From contig CALLAT010000009.1 of NCBI GenBank assembly GCA_938002085.1, positions 75,450 to 139,449 on the forward strand: a stretch of 64,000 bases of DNA, written 5' to 3'. Every line of letters starts with the position of its first letter. The stretch's first letter is position 1. Of the stretch, positions 1-9,932 are shown piece by piece. Both the position numbers and the translations under genes were made by a program. Below the pieces are notes generated by a model. The model did not search any database and was not told the DNA's origin. It saw only the letters and a list, made by a program, of their open reading frames with translations. The DNA comes from an uncultured Pseudanabaenaceae cyanobacterium (GTDB lineage: Bacteria > Cyanobacteriota > Cyanobacteriia > PCC-9006 > JAAUQQ01).

Positions 1-454
1 ATTTCAAGCATTGGAGACTGAAATCCTTGGCATTTCGGTAGACAGCCAATACTCTCACTTGGCTTGGATTCAGACGGAGCGCAAGCTGGGTGGGGTCGGC
101 GACATCCGCTATCCCTTGGTGTCCGACCTAACGAAAGCGATTACGGCTGCCTATGGCGTTCTCAATGCCCAGGAAGGCGTTGCTTTGCGAGGGCTGTTCA
201 TTCTTGACCCCGAGGGCGTTGTTCAGCATGCCACGGTGAATAATCTGGCCTTTGGTCGAAGTGTAGATGACACGCTCCGGAGCTTGAAAGCGATTCAGCA
301 TGTCCAGCGTTACCGCAATCAGGTCTGTCCAGTCGACTGGCAGCCGGGGGCCGCAACCCTGACCGAAGAGCCGGGCCAGGTGCAAGCTTACTTTGAACGT
401 GCTAATGATGCTGAGTCAGCTCTAGGAGGCGGGGATGGGGCCGCTCAGCAGTAA
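1..454 (+). CDS. 2-Cys peroxiredoxin (AhpC/TSA family), 5'-truncated by window edge
   Basis: The frame is open from position 2. The translation ...GISVDSQYSHLAWIQTERKLGGVGDIRYPLVSDLTK...LRGLFILDPEGVVQHATVNNLAFGRSVDDTLRSLKAIQHVQ...VCPVDWQPG matches the conserved C-terminal half of typical 2-Cys Prx, including the resolving-Cys VCP motif. Confidence 0.8.
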   Translation, partial: FQALETEILGISVDSQYSHLAWIQTERKLGGVGDIRYPLVSDLTKAITAAYGVLNAQEGVALRGLFILDPEGVVQHATVNNLAFGRSVDDTLRSLKAIQHVQRYRNQVCPVDWQPGAATLTEEPGQVQAYFERANDAESALGGGDGAAQQ

Positions 455-535
455 ATTGCAGCAGTTTCTTGCCCTATGCTCCATTGGTCCGCTAGGATAG
501 GGTGCCGGTGGACGAGAGACCACTGCGGACAATTT

Positions 536-622
536 GGAGAAGTGGCCGAGCGGTTTAAGGCGCAGCACTGGAAATGCTGTTTAGGGGCAACTCTAACGAG
601 GGTTCGAATCCCTCCTTCTCCG
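536..622 (+). tRNA. tRNA-Ser (anticodon GGA), class II tRNA with long variable arm
   Basis: Cloverleaf read by eye. Acceptor GGAGAAG/CTTCTCC with discriminator G. D-arm GCCG..GGCG. Anticodon stem CAGCA/TGCTG with loop CTGGAAA, giving anticodon GGA. Long variable arm. T-arm GAGGG-TTCGAAT-CCCTC. Confidence 0.85.
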
Positions 623-858
623 TTGAGAATTTTATACTGTTGGTCCAGTCCGTTAATCTATCGATTAAGCGGATAGAATAGGCATCAGCTTCAACAATTA
701 AGCTGAGCTTTTAGGTTGTTGTGTTTGATTTGAGCTGCTTGATTGATGTTGTGTGGGTTATGCTACGCATTCACTAGGGCAGAGCTCATTTAGGGCTAAT
801 GATCTTGGCCAGTTTGACTGGTTGACCTAAACGGATAGGCGAGGAGCAACAGTAACGC

Positions 859-3114
859 ATGGGTAGAGTAGTTGGCATTGACTTAGGAACCACGAATTCC
901 GTCGTTGCCGTGATGGAAGCTGGCAAGCCTGTGGTAATTGCCAATGCTGAAGGGGCTAGAACTACGCCTTCTGTTGTTGCCTTTAGTAAGGCTGGCGATC
1001 GCTTCGTTGGGCAAATGGCCCGCCGCCAGGCTGTGCTCGACCCCAAGAATACTTTCTTCAACATTAAGCGCTTCATTGGCCGTCCCTATGTGGAACTGAG
1101 CGCTGAGGATAAGCGAGTTCCCTACAAGGTTCGCCGCACTGAAGATAACAACATTCGCTTGGTGGCACCTCGCTTAGAGCGAGAGTTTGCGCCGGAAGAA
1201 ATTTCTGCCATGCTCATCCGCAAGCTGGCGGATGAGGCGGGTCGATATTTGGGGCAGACGGTCACCGGTGCCGTGATTACGGTGCCCGCTTACTTCAATG
1301 ACTCCCAGCGCCAGGCCACGCGAGATGCGGGCCGCATTGCGGGCTTGGATGTGAAGCGGATTCTCAATGAGCCTACGGCTGCGTCTCTGGCTTACGGCTT
1401 GGAACGCAATCAACGCCAGACCATTCTGGTCTTTGACCTGGGCGGTGGCACCTTTGACGTTTCGATCCTCAATGTCGGGGATGGCGTGTTTGAGGTGTTG
1501 TCTACCAGTGGCGATACTCAGCTCGGCGGAAATGACTTCGATCGCCTGATTGTTAATTGGCTAGCGGAGCAGTTCCTGGAGAAAGAAGGCATTGATTTGC
1601 GTCGGGAGCGCCAGTCCCTCCAGCGGCTCAATGAGGCTGCTGAGAAGGCCAAGATCGAACTGTCTGGCTTGGGGGCAACGGATATTAACTTGCCCTTTAT
1701 CACCGCAACGGAAGATGGACCGAAGCATCTGGAAGCTCGGTTGACCCGAGGTGAGTTTGAAATGATGGCGGGGGAGCTGCTGGAGCAGCTGCGCATTCCA
1801 GTGCGCCGTTCGATTCAAGATGCTGGGCTACGTCCCCAGCAGATTCAGGAAGTGGTTCTGGTGGGTGGCTCCACGCGGATGCCCATGGTTCAGGACCTCG
1901 TGCGGTCATTCATTAATCTTGAGCCGAACCAGAATGTGAACCCCGATGAGGTTGTGGCAGTGGGCGCTGCGATTCAGGCCGGCATCATTGCAGGAGATGT
2001 GCGGGATGTGTTGCTGTTGGATGTGACGCCTCTCTCCCTCGGCTTGGAAACCATTGGTGGGGTGATGAAGCCCCTGATTCCTCGCAATACGCCAGTGCCG
2101 GTGCGCAAGTCCGATATTTTCTCCACCTCGGAGGCGAACCAGACCCTGGTGGAGATCCATGTGCTCCAGGGGGAGCGGGAAATGTCGGCAGGGAATAAAT
2201 CCTTGGGTCGCTTTAAACTCATGGGCATTCCGCCCGCTCCTAGGGGCGTCCCCCAGGTTCAAGTCTCTTTTGATATTGATTCCAACGGCATTCTCCAGGT
2301 GAGTGCTTTGGATCGCACGACGGGACGTGAGCAAACGGTGACGATCCAGGGAGCTTCGACCCTGAGTGAAACCGAGATTAGTCGCATGGTCCAGGAGGCT
2401 GAGGACTATGCCTCTGTGGATCGAGAGAAGAAGGCTCGTGTCGAGAAGCGCAATAACGCTGAGAGTTTGATCAGTAAGTCGGAGCGTAAGCTGCGGGAAG
2501 TGGCGATCGACTTTGGCATGTATTTTGCTGACCCTCAGCGAAAGCGTGTGGAAGCTTATATTCGTGAGCTGAAGGACTATGTGGCGGCGGATGAGGATCG
2601 CGGTATTGATCTCGCCCAGGCGGATCTTCAAGAAGCAATCTACGGTCTGGAGCAAGAAATTAAAGCTCGCCTCTCCACAGAGGACGATGACGATGTCTTC
2701 AAGACTATTCGGGATACCTTCAAAGATGTGAAGGATACCCTCACTGGCGAAGACGACTATGACTACGGCACTGGTAGCTATAGCCAAGGGGGCTATAACC
2801 AGGGTGGTTATGGTCAGGGCGGGTACGGCCAAAGTAATTATGGACAAGGTGGCTACAACCCACCAGGGGGAGGCGGTCAGCAAGGCGGCTATAACCAGGG
2901 CCAGTATGGCGGTGGTCAGGGCCAATATGGAAACGCTAATCCAGGAGGCCCCGGCCAACCTCGGTATGACCAGGGCGATGCCCGCCGTTACGATCCGCGA
3001 GATGTTGCTCCCCGTCGGGATGAGCAAAACCGTGATCGCGGCAATCGTACTGGCCCCCGCTATGACGACCCCTATGCCAATGAGAATTGGGGCGAGGATA
3101 ACGATTGGATCTAG
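859..3114 (+). CDS. dnaK: Hsp70 chaperone DnaK (cyanobacterial DnaK3-like, long C-terminal extension ending in a low-complexity G/Y/Q/N-rich tail)
   Basis: 751 aa. N-terminal [24 protein letters not shown] and other Hsp70 signatures. The final ~120 aa are [23 protein letters not shown]...[18 protein letters not shown] low-complexity sequence. Confidence 0.95.
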   Translation: MGRVVGIDLGTTNSVVAVMEAGKPVVIANAEGARTTPSVVAFSKAGDRFVGQMARRQAVLDPKNTFFNIKRFIGRPYVELSAEDKRVPYKVRRTEDNNIRLVAPRLEREFAPEEISAMLIRKLADEAGRYLGQTVTGAVITVPAYFNDSQRQATRDAGRIAGLDVKRILNEPTAASLAYGLERNQRQTILVFDLGGGTFDVSILNVGDGVFEVLSTSGDTQLGGNDFDRLIVNWLAEQFLEKEGIDLRRERQSLQRLNEAAEKAKIELSGLGATDINLPFITATEDGPKHLEARLTRGEFEMMAGELLEQLRIPVRRSIQDAGLRPQQIQEVVLVGGSTRMPMVQDLVRSFINLEPNQNVNPDEVVAVGAAIQAGIIAGDVRDVLLLDVTPLSLGLETIGGVMKPLIPRNTPVPVRKSDIFSTSEANQTLVEIHVLQGEREMSAGNKSLGRFKLMGIPPAPRGVPQVQVSFDIDSNGILQVSALDRTTGREQTVTIQGASTLSETEISRMVQEAEDYASVDREKKARVEKRNNAESLISKSERKLREVAIDFGMYFADPQRKRVEAYIRELKDYVAADEDRGIDLAQADLQEAIYGLEQEIKARLSTEDDDDVFKTIRDTFKDVKDTLTGEDDYDYGTGSYSQGGYNQGGYGQGGYGQSNYGQGGYNPPGGGGQQGGYNQGQYGGGQGQYGNANPGGPGQPRYDQGDARRYDPRDVAPRRDEQNRDRGNRTGPRYDDPYANENWGEDNDWI

Positions 3115-3242
3115 TGATTGAGGCGATCGCTTCGCAAGCTTCCATTGGAATCGCTGTCGAGGTTGCATCGGCTGACCTGCAATCGCTTGTCTGTTGCTTT
3201 TTCTGATCTCTTGCTCAGCCCAGTGACTTTGGGCCTGTCCTT

Positions 3243-4184
3243 TTGCCCATGGCTGATTTTCGCGACTATTATCAATTGCTGGATGTGGCGGGAGATGCCA
3301 CCCAGGATGAGATCAAACAGGCCTTCCGTAAGCTGGCTCGTAAATATCACCCTGATGTAAATCCGGGGAATCAAGAGGCTGAGGAGAAGTTTAAGCAGAT
3401 TGGCGAAGCCTATGAGGTTTTGTCCGATGGGGAAAAGCGCTCTAAATACGACCAGTTTGGCCAGTACTGGAATCAAGATAATGATTTTGGTGCTGACCTC
3501 CGTCGCCGCTGGCCTAGTGCGCCGAGAATGGACTTTAGTCAGTTTCCTGACTTCGATACCTTCGTGGATGACTTGTTGGGTAAGAGCCCCCCATCGGCTA
3601 CGCCTGAGTCAGGGACTGCAGCTGCGGAATGGAGTGGGGATTATGGAACTACGGCTGCACCACCGCGATCGCCCCGCAATATTGAAGCTAATTTGGCGGT
3701 GCCTTTGGAGAAAGCCTATAGCGGTGGTTTGGAACGGATTCGCTTGGAAGACGGTCGGGCGATCGAAATTGATATGCCGGGAGGACTGGTTACTGGTCAG
3801 CAAATTCGCTTGCGGAGTCAGGGCATTGATGGAGGAGACCTCTATCTCAAAATTGAGGTGCCGCCCCACCCTTTCTTCAAATTGGATGCTAGCGATATTT
3901 ATTGCCGCTTGCCAGTGACGCCAGCGGAGGCTGCGCTGGGAGCTGCAGTGGAGGTACCGACCTTAGATGGTCGGGTGACGATGAATCTTCCTTTGGCAGT
4001 TCAATACGGTCAGCGCTTGCGTTTGGCAGGCAAGGGTTACCCCGATGAGTTAGGGCGGCGGGGAGACCAAATTATTGAAATTGAAGTGGTGCTACCTGAA
4101 CAATTGGACGCAGAGGAGCGATCGCTCTATGAACAGCTCTATCGATTAGAGAGCTTTGATCCGCGCCAGAATCTGCCCTATTAA
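3243..4184 (+). CDS. dnaJ: J-domain co-chaperone (DnaJ-like, lacks the Cys-rich zinc-finger region)
   Basis: N-terminal J domain YYQLLDV...[10 protein letters not shown]...[14 protein letters not shown] with the HPD motif. C-terminal DnaJ_C-like beta region. No CxxCxGxG repeats. It lies immediately downstream of dnaK in the same orientation. Confidence 0.85.
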   Translation: MPMADFRDYYQLLDVAGDATQDEIKQAFRKLARKYHPDVNPGNQEAEEKFKQIGEAYEVLSDGEKRSKYDQFGQYWNQDNDFGADLRRRWPSAPRMDFSQFPDFDTFVDDLLGKSPPSATPESGTAAAEWSGDYGTTAAPPRSPRNIEANLAVPLEKAYSGGLERIRLEDGRAIEIDMPGGLVTGQQIRLRSQGIDGGDLYLKIEVPPHPFFKLDASDIYCRLPVTPAEAALGAAVEVPTLDGRVTMNLPLAVQYGQRLRLAGKGYPDELGRRGDQIIEIEVVLPEQLDAEERSLYEQLYRLESFDPRQNLPY

Positions 4185-4243
4185 CTCAAGTTCCTAGGGC
4201 AAGCTCTGCCGCAGCTTGTGAGCTACTTTCGCCTGTGCGAGCG

Positions 4244-4675
4244 CTAGTTGCGAGTTACGCAGGCTTCGCACTGACCCCGCACGGTCACCTCATAGTCCTC
4301 AACCTTCAAGCCAGGACGAAGCTTGCTAAGCGAAATACTTTGGAACTGCTCCCAGGCAATATCCTCAATCGCGCCACAGGACTGACAGCGAAAATGGTGG
4401 TGAGGTTCCACATTCGCGTCGTAACGGCAAATTCCCTCTTCTAGCAAAACCTCGCGCACGAGACCCACATCGCGCAGGGCCTGGAGGGAACTGTATACCG
4501 TTGCTTGGGAGGAGGTGGGAGCATCCTGGTTGAGGTCGCCCAGAATCTGCTCTGCAGTGGGGTGATCGGCACGACCCAGCAGGTTAGAGTACACGGCAAA
4601 GCGCTGGGGGGTCACTCTGAGGCCCTTCTCACGCAGCGTACTAACGATTTGATCAACGGGCTGTTGCATTCTCAT
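4244..4675 (-). CDS. Fur-family transcriptional regulator, PerR-like (divergent from a peroxiredoxin gene)
   Basis: 143 aa with Fur-family layout: helix-turn-helix region LRVTPQRFAVYSNLL, HHHF motif, CQSCG...C..C metal-binding cysteines. The PerR call is inferred from divergent arrangement with prxII, as in the Synechocystis perR-ahpC pair. Confidence 0.8.
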   Translation of the reverse strand: MRMQQPVDQIVSTLREKGLRVTPQRFAVYSNLLGRADHPTAEQILGDLNQDAPTSSQATVYSSLQALRDVGLVREVLLEEGICRYDANVEPHHHFRCQSCGAIEDIAWEQFQSISLSKLRPGLKVEDYEVTVRGQCEACVTRN

Positions 4676-4927
4676 CTGCCTCCAACGGCAACCCTGGTTA
4701 CGGACTCTTACCCCTTATTAAAAGGATGCGCTCTATCTGTAGGCTAAGCCCTAGACTTAATGTGCCCGGCTGTTTCTCACTGGTATTCACAGTGATGACA
4801 TTCGGCTGAACACCTTAACGATCTCTCAAGTTCTGGCTTTACGGAACTTGACATCTGAATCAAGAATAGCATTCCTTTCTGGGAAACAGCCCTAACCTGG
4901 GCTGAATCTCAGGATTAAAAAATATTG

Positions 4928-4960
4928 TTAAGTTATCGATTCCTAAGTTAGAATAATTCC
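4928..4960. promoter_or_regulatory. Candidate Fur/PerR-type operator in the perR-prx divergent intergenic region (AT-rich, repeated TAAGTTA, near-palindrome GAATAATTC)
   Basis: The sequence ttaagttatcgattcctaagttagaataattcc sits about 85 bp upstream of the prx start. It contains a TAAGTTA direct repeat and a Fur-box-like GAATAATTC. This is a visual match only. Confidence 0.25.
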
Positions 4961-5043
4961 AGATTGCAAACGCAGTTGTCGCTTCGTTCGTTTGAGTTCG
5001 AACAGCGGCTTGAATGTCTTTATTCCCGTGAGGTCTTAGTCCT

Positions 5044-5613
5044 ATGGCAGTTATCGAACGCGTTCCTAACGTTACTTTCAAAACCCGCGTCCGCGATGAG
5101 TCCGTCGGTGGTTCCAACCCCTTTCGTTGGCAAGACCTGACCACTCAAGAAATCTTCGGCGGCAAGAAAGTCGTTGTGTTCTCTTTGCCTGGTGCGTTCA
5201 CCCCCACCTGCTCCTCCAACCACCTGCCCCGCTACGAAGAGCTCTATGACGAGTTCAAGGCTCAAGGTGTCGATGCCATTGTTTGCGTTTCTGTGAACGA
5301 CGCCTTTGTTATGTTCCAGTGGGGCAAGCAAGTCGGTGCTAAGAACGTCTTCCTGCTGCCCGATGGCAACGGTGAGTTCACCCGCAAGATGGGCATGCTC
5401 GTCGCTAAGGACAACCTGGGCTTCGGTGCTCGCTCCTGGCGCTACTCCATGCTGGTTAACGATGGTGCGATCGAGAAGATCTTCACCGAAGCTGACTTTG
5501 CTGACAATTGCCCCACCGACCCCTTCGAAGTTTCTGACGCTGACACCATGCTGGCGCACCTTAAGGGAACCCAGTCTGCTGGTATCGCAACTCCTCGTGA
5601 GTTCGTGGGTTAA
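5044..5613 (+). CDS. Type II peroxiredoxin (Prx5-like, atypical 2-Cys)
   Basis: 189 aa. PGAFTPTCS peroxidatic-cysteine motif typical of PrxII/Prx5 subfamily. Divergent from a Fur/PerR gene. Confidence 0.85.
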   Translation: MAVIERVPNVTFKTRVRDESVGGSNPFRWQDLTTQEIFGGKKVVVFSLPGAFTPTCSSNHLPRYEELYDEFKAQGVDAIVCVSVNDAFVMFQWGKQVGAKNVFLLPDGNGEFTRKMGMLVAKDNLGFGARSWRYSMLVNDGAIEKIFTEADFADNCPTDPFEVSDADTMLAHLKGTQSAGIATPREFVG

Positions 5614-5672
5614 ACCACGCTGTTTACTTAACCAGCTTTAATCTCTTGATTAGGCTAGTCTAAGCCATTCCT

Positions 5673-5720
5673 CAGCTCTCCCCTCTAGCTTAGAACCAGT
5701 TGGGAGAGCTGTTTTGCTTT
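5673..5720 (+). terminator. Putative rho-independent terminator after prxII
   Basis: Stem cagctctccc / gggagagctg (10 bp) followed by ttttgcttt. Confidence 0.5.
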
Positions 5721-5844
5721 CATCTCTATATGAATGTCTGAGAAATGAGAATTGTTGCTTAAACATCTGTTTGTTGGTAGCTGCTCTCGACTCTAAAACA
5801 CTCCCTCTTCTCACCACTCCCTGCGACTCGTTAGGAGGTCTGCT

Positions 5845-6843
5845 ATGAAACTCTCCAGTAAAAATATTGAAACTCGCTTGGATACGGTCTATGACGCGAT
5901 TGTTGTAGGCGGTGGCATGGGTGGTTTATCTGCCGCTATTTATTTGGCACGCTATGGCCTGAAATGCCTAGTGGTGGAAAAGGGGCGAGGTCGCTCGTTT
6001 TGGATGCAGGATACGCGCAATTTCTTGGGCCAAGATCCTACAGCGCCGGGTCGGGACATCATTAAGCATGGCACTGAGCAAGCCTTGGGCTGGGGCGCAG
6101 ACTTCCTGCGCGGGTTTGTGGAAGAGGTGACTGATGAAGGGGAGACCTTCGTTGTGAAGGTCAAGATTGGCAAGAAGGATGAGGTCGGCCATACGCTGCA
6201 TACCAAGTATGTGGTGGCTGCTTCGGGCATCATGGACAACTTGCCCAAGCTGGAAAACATGCAGAATGTCTATGACTATGCGGGCTATACGCTCCATGTC
6301 TGCATGATTTGTGATGGCTTTGACATGTGGGACCAGAAGGCGGCGCTGATTGTGAACACAGAGGGGCAGATGAATGCGGCCTTTGTGCTCAATTGGTTCA
6401 CGCCTTATATCTCTGTGTTCAGCCATGGCCTGTTTGAGGTGAGTGCTGAGATGAAGCAAAAACTGGCTGATCATGGCTATCCCCTGTATGAGCAGCCCAT
6501 TGCCAAGTTCCATGGCGAAGACCACAAGATGAGTGGCCTGGAGCTGGCTGATGGCACGATGGTGGAAGCTACGACGGGTCTAATCGGGATGGGCTCTCAC
6601 TATCACAATGAGTATCTCAAGGGGATTGAACTGGAGTACAACGGCAAGAATCTCGTAACCGATGACATGTGCAAGACCAGTCACGATCGCATCTTCGCCC
6701 TAGGCGATCTTAAGCAAGGTCTCAACCAAGTTTCCATTGCGGTTGCGGATGGCACCTTGGCGGCAACGCAAATCTGGCGAACGACTCGCCGAGCCAGTGA
6801 GCCTCGCAAGTGGGAAGAGAATATCGCTAAGGCCTCTGCTTAG
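5845..6843 (+). CDS. FAD-dependent pyridine nucleotide-disulfide oxidoreductase, thioredoxin-reductase-like
   Basis: 332 aa. N-terminal FAD-binding VVGGGMGGLSAAIYLA. Redox-active CMICDG motif (CxxCDG, as in TrxR). C-terminal FALGDL. Located downstream of perR/prx. Confidence 0.75.
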   Translation: MKLSSKNIETRLDTVYDAIVVGGGMGGLSAAIYLARYGLKCLVVEKGRGRSFWMQDTRNFLGQDPTAPGRDIIKHGTEQALGWGADFLRGFVEEVTDEGETFVVKVKIGKKDEVGHTLHTKYVVAASGIMDNLPKLENMQNVYDYAGYTLHVCMICDGFDMWDQKAALIVNTEGQMNAAFVLNWFTPYISVFSHGLFEVSAEMKQKLADHGYPLYEQPIAKFHGEDHKMSGLELADGTMVEATTGLIGMGSHYHNEYLKGIELEYNGKNLVTDDMCKTSHDRIFALGDLKQGLNQVSIAVADGTLAATQIWRTTRRASEPRKWEENIAKASA

Positions 6844-6862
6844 TTTTTCTCGGTGGACTCAA

Positions 6863-6903
6863 GAGCCCCTGTCTAGCTTGATCTAGGCAGGGGCTCTTTG
6901 TTG
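6863..6903 (+). terminator. Putative rho-independent terminator
   Basis: Stem gagcccctg / caggggctc with a 16-nt loop, followed by tttgttg. Confidence 0.6.
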
Positions 6904-7023
6904 AAGTTTGCCTGGTTGTAATGTTGATCGCCCACGATTGCAAGCCCTCCGCGATTGGGGGGGGGCTGGATGGCTCCGACAGATCGCTGAGGCCGTCTTC
7001 TGTGGCCCTAGCAACCTGCCCCT

Positions 7024-7407
7024 TTACCAAAACGGAACAATGTCTTTGAGTAGGCGTAGGAGCTTGAGCTGAAACACTAGCGACTGTATCTCTGGATTGA
7101 CCGCGACAGAATCTTGTGGAATTTCAGCGAGCTCTAGCTCCAGCTCTGCGTATTCCATGGGGGAGAGTGGGCTGCCATCAATGGGCGATCGCCCCTGGAG
7201 AATCACCTCTTCCCGCAAGACTTCCTCCGGTACATCATCTGGGGGGGGCAATGCCTCAGCCAGCTTACTCCGACAAGCCAAAGTCGGAGCTGAAACAAAG
7301 GTGAAGACAGTTCCCAGGTAGATTATTTTGTGGCCAAGCCCTAATCTCGCCATCTCACTTCGTCTTGTATAGGGAACCATTGTTCGCGTTCTGTGACGAC
7401 AAGCCAT
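7024..7407 (-). CDS. Hypothetical protein (127 aa, no recognisable motif)
   Basis: ORF only. The acidic EYAELELELAE stretch is the sole notable feature, so coding status is uncertain. Confidence 0.3.
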   Translation of the reverse strand: MACRHRTRTMVPYTRRSEMARLGLGHKIIYLGTVFTFVSAPTLACRSKLAEALPPPDDVPEEVLREEVILQGRSPIDGSPLSPMEYAELELELAEIPQDSVAVNPEIQSLVFQLKLLRLLKDIVPFW

Positions 7408-7683
7408 TGAGCAGAGGAAAATACTTCAGTGAATGGCTCTCGTTCACCCCAAGCGATTGTTTGAATCATCCCATGGGGACTCCCGTTGGAAAACCAGCTA
7501 TGGGTGGTAAATTTATCTATCAGCCAGAAAATGCTTAAACGTAGGCTCTACGTACTTTCAGTTTTTCTTTTTGGAGAGGGCTTTTGTCATCTCCAAAAGC
7601 CCTGAGGATTACTGAATCCATCAGGCTTCATATCTGGGCATCTTAGGATTACTCTCCTCCTTTGCCATAGCTGGATTTCCCAG

Positions 7684-9813
7684 ATGATCTCCTCCCCGGT
7701 TGATTCCCTTCGAGCTGGCGCAGCTGCCATTAAAGCTAAGCAATTTGATGTTGCGATCGCGCATCTTGAAGTCTATTGCAACGCCAATGTGGGTGTGGAA
7801 TCCAATGAACATTATCAGGCGCAGATCTGGTTGATCCAGAGCTATAAGGCCCAGGGCCGTACTACGGATGCCCGCCATCTTTGCTTCAACCTTAGCCAAG
7901 TGGACCAACCGAAGGTCAAGGCTTGGGCCAGTGAGATGATGACTCAACTGCCTGTCCAAATTCCAGGGCGAGAGCCCGCTGGGGGGAGTGATGCCGTGGG
8001 CTTTGGAGATGCCCCAGCCATGGCCGCCGCTGCCACTCCAGCCCGTTCAGCCAGGTCTGGTTCGAAAAAGCCCTTACCTAAGGCTGAGCGCGCACAGTCG
8101 GGTGGGGTCACGCTACTGTTGCGGGGCGCAGCGGCCAATTTGGCTTTGGTCTCTGGGATGACGCTGCTGGGGCTGTTTGGCATGGCCCTGAGTTTAGTCT
8201 GCGTCCTTGTCTTCATTCGGGGCAGTAGCAATCCGCTCTTCGGCTTAGGGGTTTCTGCTGCGGTAACCCTCGTCTTTAGCGCAGGCTCTTTTTTCATCTC
8301 ACCTCTGATCATGGATTGGTTGCAGCGCCTGGTATATGGCACCCAATGGACGACGCTTGAAGAGATCGAGAGTCTGAGCCCAGAAAGTGCCCAAGTGATT
8401 CGTAAGGTCTGCAAAGAGAAAAAGCTCAAGCAACCTCGCCTGGGCATTATTAATGACCAAAACCCTACAGCTTTTACCTACGGATCGTTGCCCAACAGTG
8501 CGCGCCTGGTGGTTAGTCGAGGCCTGTTTACCTATCTGGATGATGATGAGGTCGCGACGGTCTATGCCCATGAGCTAGGCCACATTGTCCACTGGGATTT
8601 TGCCGTGATGACCCTGGCGGCAACCCTCGTGCAGTTGTTGTATTTGATTTACAGCTATAGCCGAGAGATTGGTCGCAACTTGGGGACTGGCGATGGAGCA
8701 AAGAAGATTCGCAGTGGCTTGCAAGCGGCTTCCCTGGCTGCCCTTCTCTTTTACACCGTGGGAGAATATCTCCAGCTTTATCTCTCCCGCACCCGTGAGT
8801 ACTATGCTGACCATTTTGCGGCTGAAGTTACGGGCAATCCCAACGCTCTCTCCCGTGCCTTGGTGAAGATTGCCTATGGCATTGTCGAGGAAGGCAAGCG
8901 CCTTGAAGAGCAGAATCAGCCCCCAAGCAAGGTGCTGCAAGGTATGCGAGCCTTGGGCATTGCTGATGCCAAGAATGCAGGGGCTGCGGGGACAGCCTAT
9001 CGCGTTGCAGCGGATAGCAATAGTGTCGGTCGTGTCTTCTTGTGGGACATGTTTAATCCCTGGGCCAAGTGGATGGAGCTTAATTCGACCCACCCCCTTA
9101 CAGGCAAGCGGGTTCGAGCATTGGGCAACTATGCAGAGCAGCTAGACCTCAATAGCGAATTCGATATGGTTCGGGTTGTGCGGGCTGGCAATCAATTGGA
9201 TAAAAAGCGTCTCTACGGCAGTTTTGTTCAGGACGTAGCCTTGATGGGCAGTCCTTTGATTGGAGGGGCGGTTGGCTTCATTGCAGGAATCGCGGGGGCA
9301 GTGGCTTCGGGCAATTCTTTGGTGGCGCTGAGTGGTGCGCTGCTGGGTCTGGCTGTGGGCATTGTGCTCCATGCCTTTGTCATGTATCCCAAAATTCAGC
9401 GTCCCAATGAGACCGATATTTTGACGCTGATGTCTGATGCCTATGCCAGCCCTCTGAGAGGGAAGTCGGTGAAGTTGGCGGGGGAAATTATTGGCAAGGG
9501 TGATGCGGGAGGCAGGGTGAACGAAGATTTCCAGTTCAAGGACAAGACTGGCATGGTCTATCTGGATTATTCGTCTCGTTTTGGAGCTCTGGGCAATTTA
9601 TTTTTTGGCTGGAGCCAAGCCAGTCAATATGTGGGGCAGCCGGTGGCGCTGACGGGGTGGTTCCGCCGGGGGCTGACGGCGAAGGTGGACTTAAATGAGA
9701 TGGAATGTGACCAAGGCTTGGTGAAGAGCTATCACCGTTTTGGCAAGTTGGTTTCGGCGACGCTGTGTGTGATCGGAGCTGTGGCGATCGCGGTGATAGG
9801 TGCCAGTCTCTAG
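7684..9813 (+). CDS. M48-family zinc metallopeptidase (HtpX/Ste24-like) with N-terminal TPR-like region and ~300-aa C-terminal membrane extension
   Basis: 709 aa. HELGHIVHWD (HExxH) motif with a downstream E..ADHFAAE third ligand region. Multiple hydrophobic segments flank the catalytic region. Confidence 0.75.
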   Translation: MISSPVDSLRAGAAAIKAKQFDVAIAHLEVYCNANVGVESNEHYQAQIWLIQSYKAQGRTTDARHLCFNLSQVDQPKVKAWASEMMTQLPVQIPGREPAGGSDAVGFGDAPAMAAAATPARSARSGSKKPLPKAERAQSGGVTLLLRGAAANLALVSGMTLLGLFGMALSLVCVLVFIRGSSNPLFGLGVSAAVTLVFSAGSFFISPLIMDWLQRLVYGTQWTTLEEIESLSPESAQVIRKVCKEKKLKQPRLGIINDQNPTAFTYGSLPNSARLVVSRGLFTYLDDDEVATVYAHELGHIVHWDFAVMTLAATLVQLLYLIYSYSREIGRNLGTGDGAKKIRSGLQAASLAALLFYTVGEYLQLYLSRTREYYADHFAAEVTGNPNALSRALVKIAYGIVEEGKRLEEQNQPPSKVLQGMRALGIADAKNAGAAGTAYRVAADSNSVGRVFLWDMFNPWAKWMELNSTHPLTGKRVRALGNYAEQLDLNSEFDMVRVVRAGNQLDKKRLYGSFVQDVALMGSPLIGGAVGFIAGIAGAVASGNSLVALSGALLGLAVGIVLHAFVMYPKIQRPNETDILTLMSDAYASPLRGKSVKLAGEIIGKGDAGGRVNEDFQFKDKTGMVYLDYSSRFGALGNLFFGWSQASQYVGQPVALTGWFRRGLTAKVDLNEMECDQGLVKSYHRFGKLVSATLCVIGAVAIAVIGASL

Positions 9814-9932
9814 GCCACTGTTTCTCTGCTGGATGCTGAAGCGTTTGGCTTGGGCTTGGGCGGGTTTTGAGCGGAAGTTGTCTGATATGAACCTTCATAG
9901 AGCTGCTGAACCCGCCCTTACGGTGGCTGGGG

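Noticed and set aside
536-622. tRNA-Ser as an integration hotspot
   Set aside because: Checked the flanks for a genomic island or integrase next to the tRNA. dnaK follows directly, with normal composition, so there is no evidence of an island at this tRNA.
1906-3168. 420-aa ORF on the minus strand
   Set aside because: Entirely antisense to the well-supported dnaK CDS. Low-complexity, hydrophobic translation produced by the GC-rich repeat region. No motifs.
5020-5559. 179-aa minus-strand ORF
   Set aside because: Antisense to the type II peroxiredoxin gene. Spurious.
5968-6525. 185-aa minus-strand ORF
   Set aside because: Antisense to the TrxR-like flavoprotein gene. Spurious.
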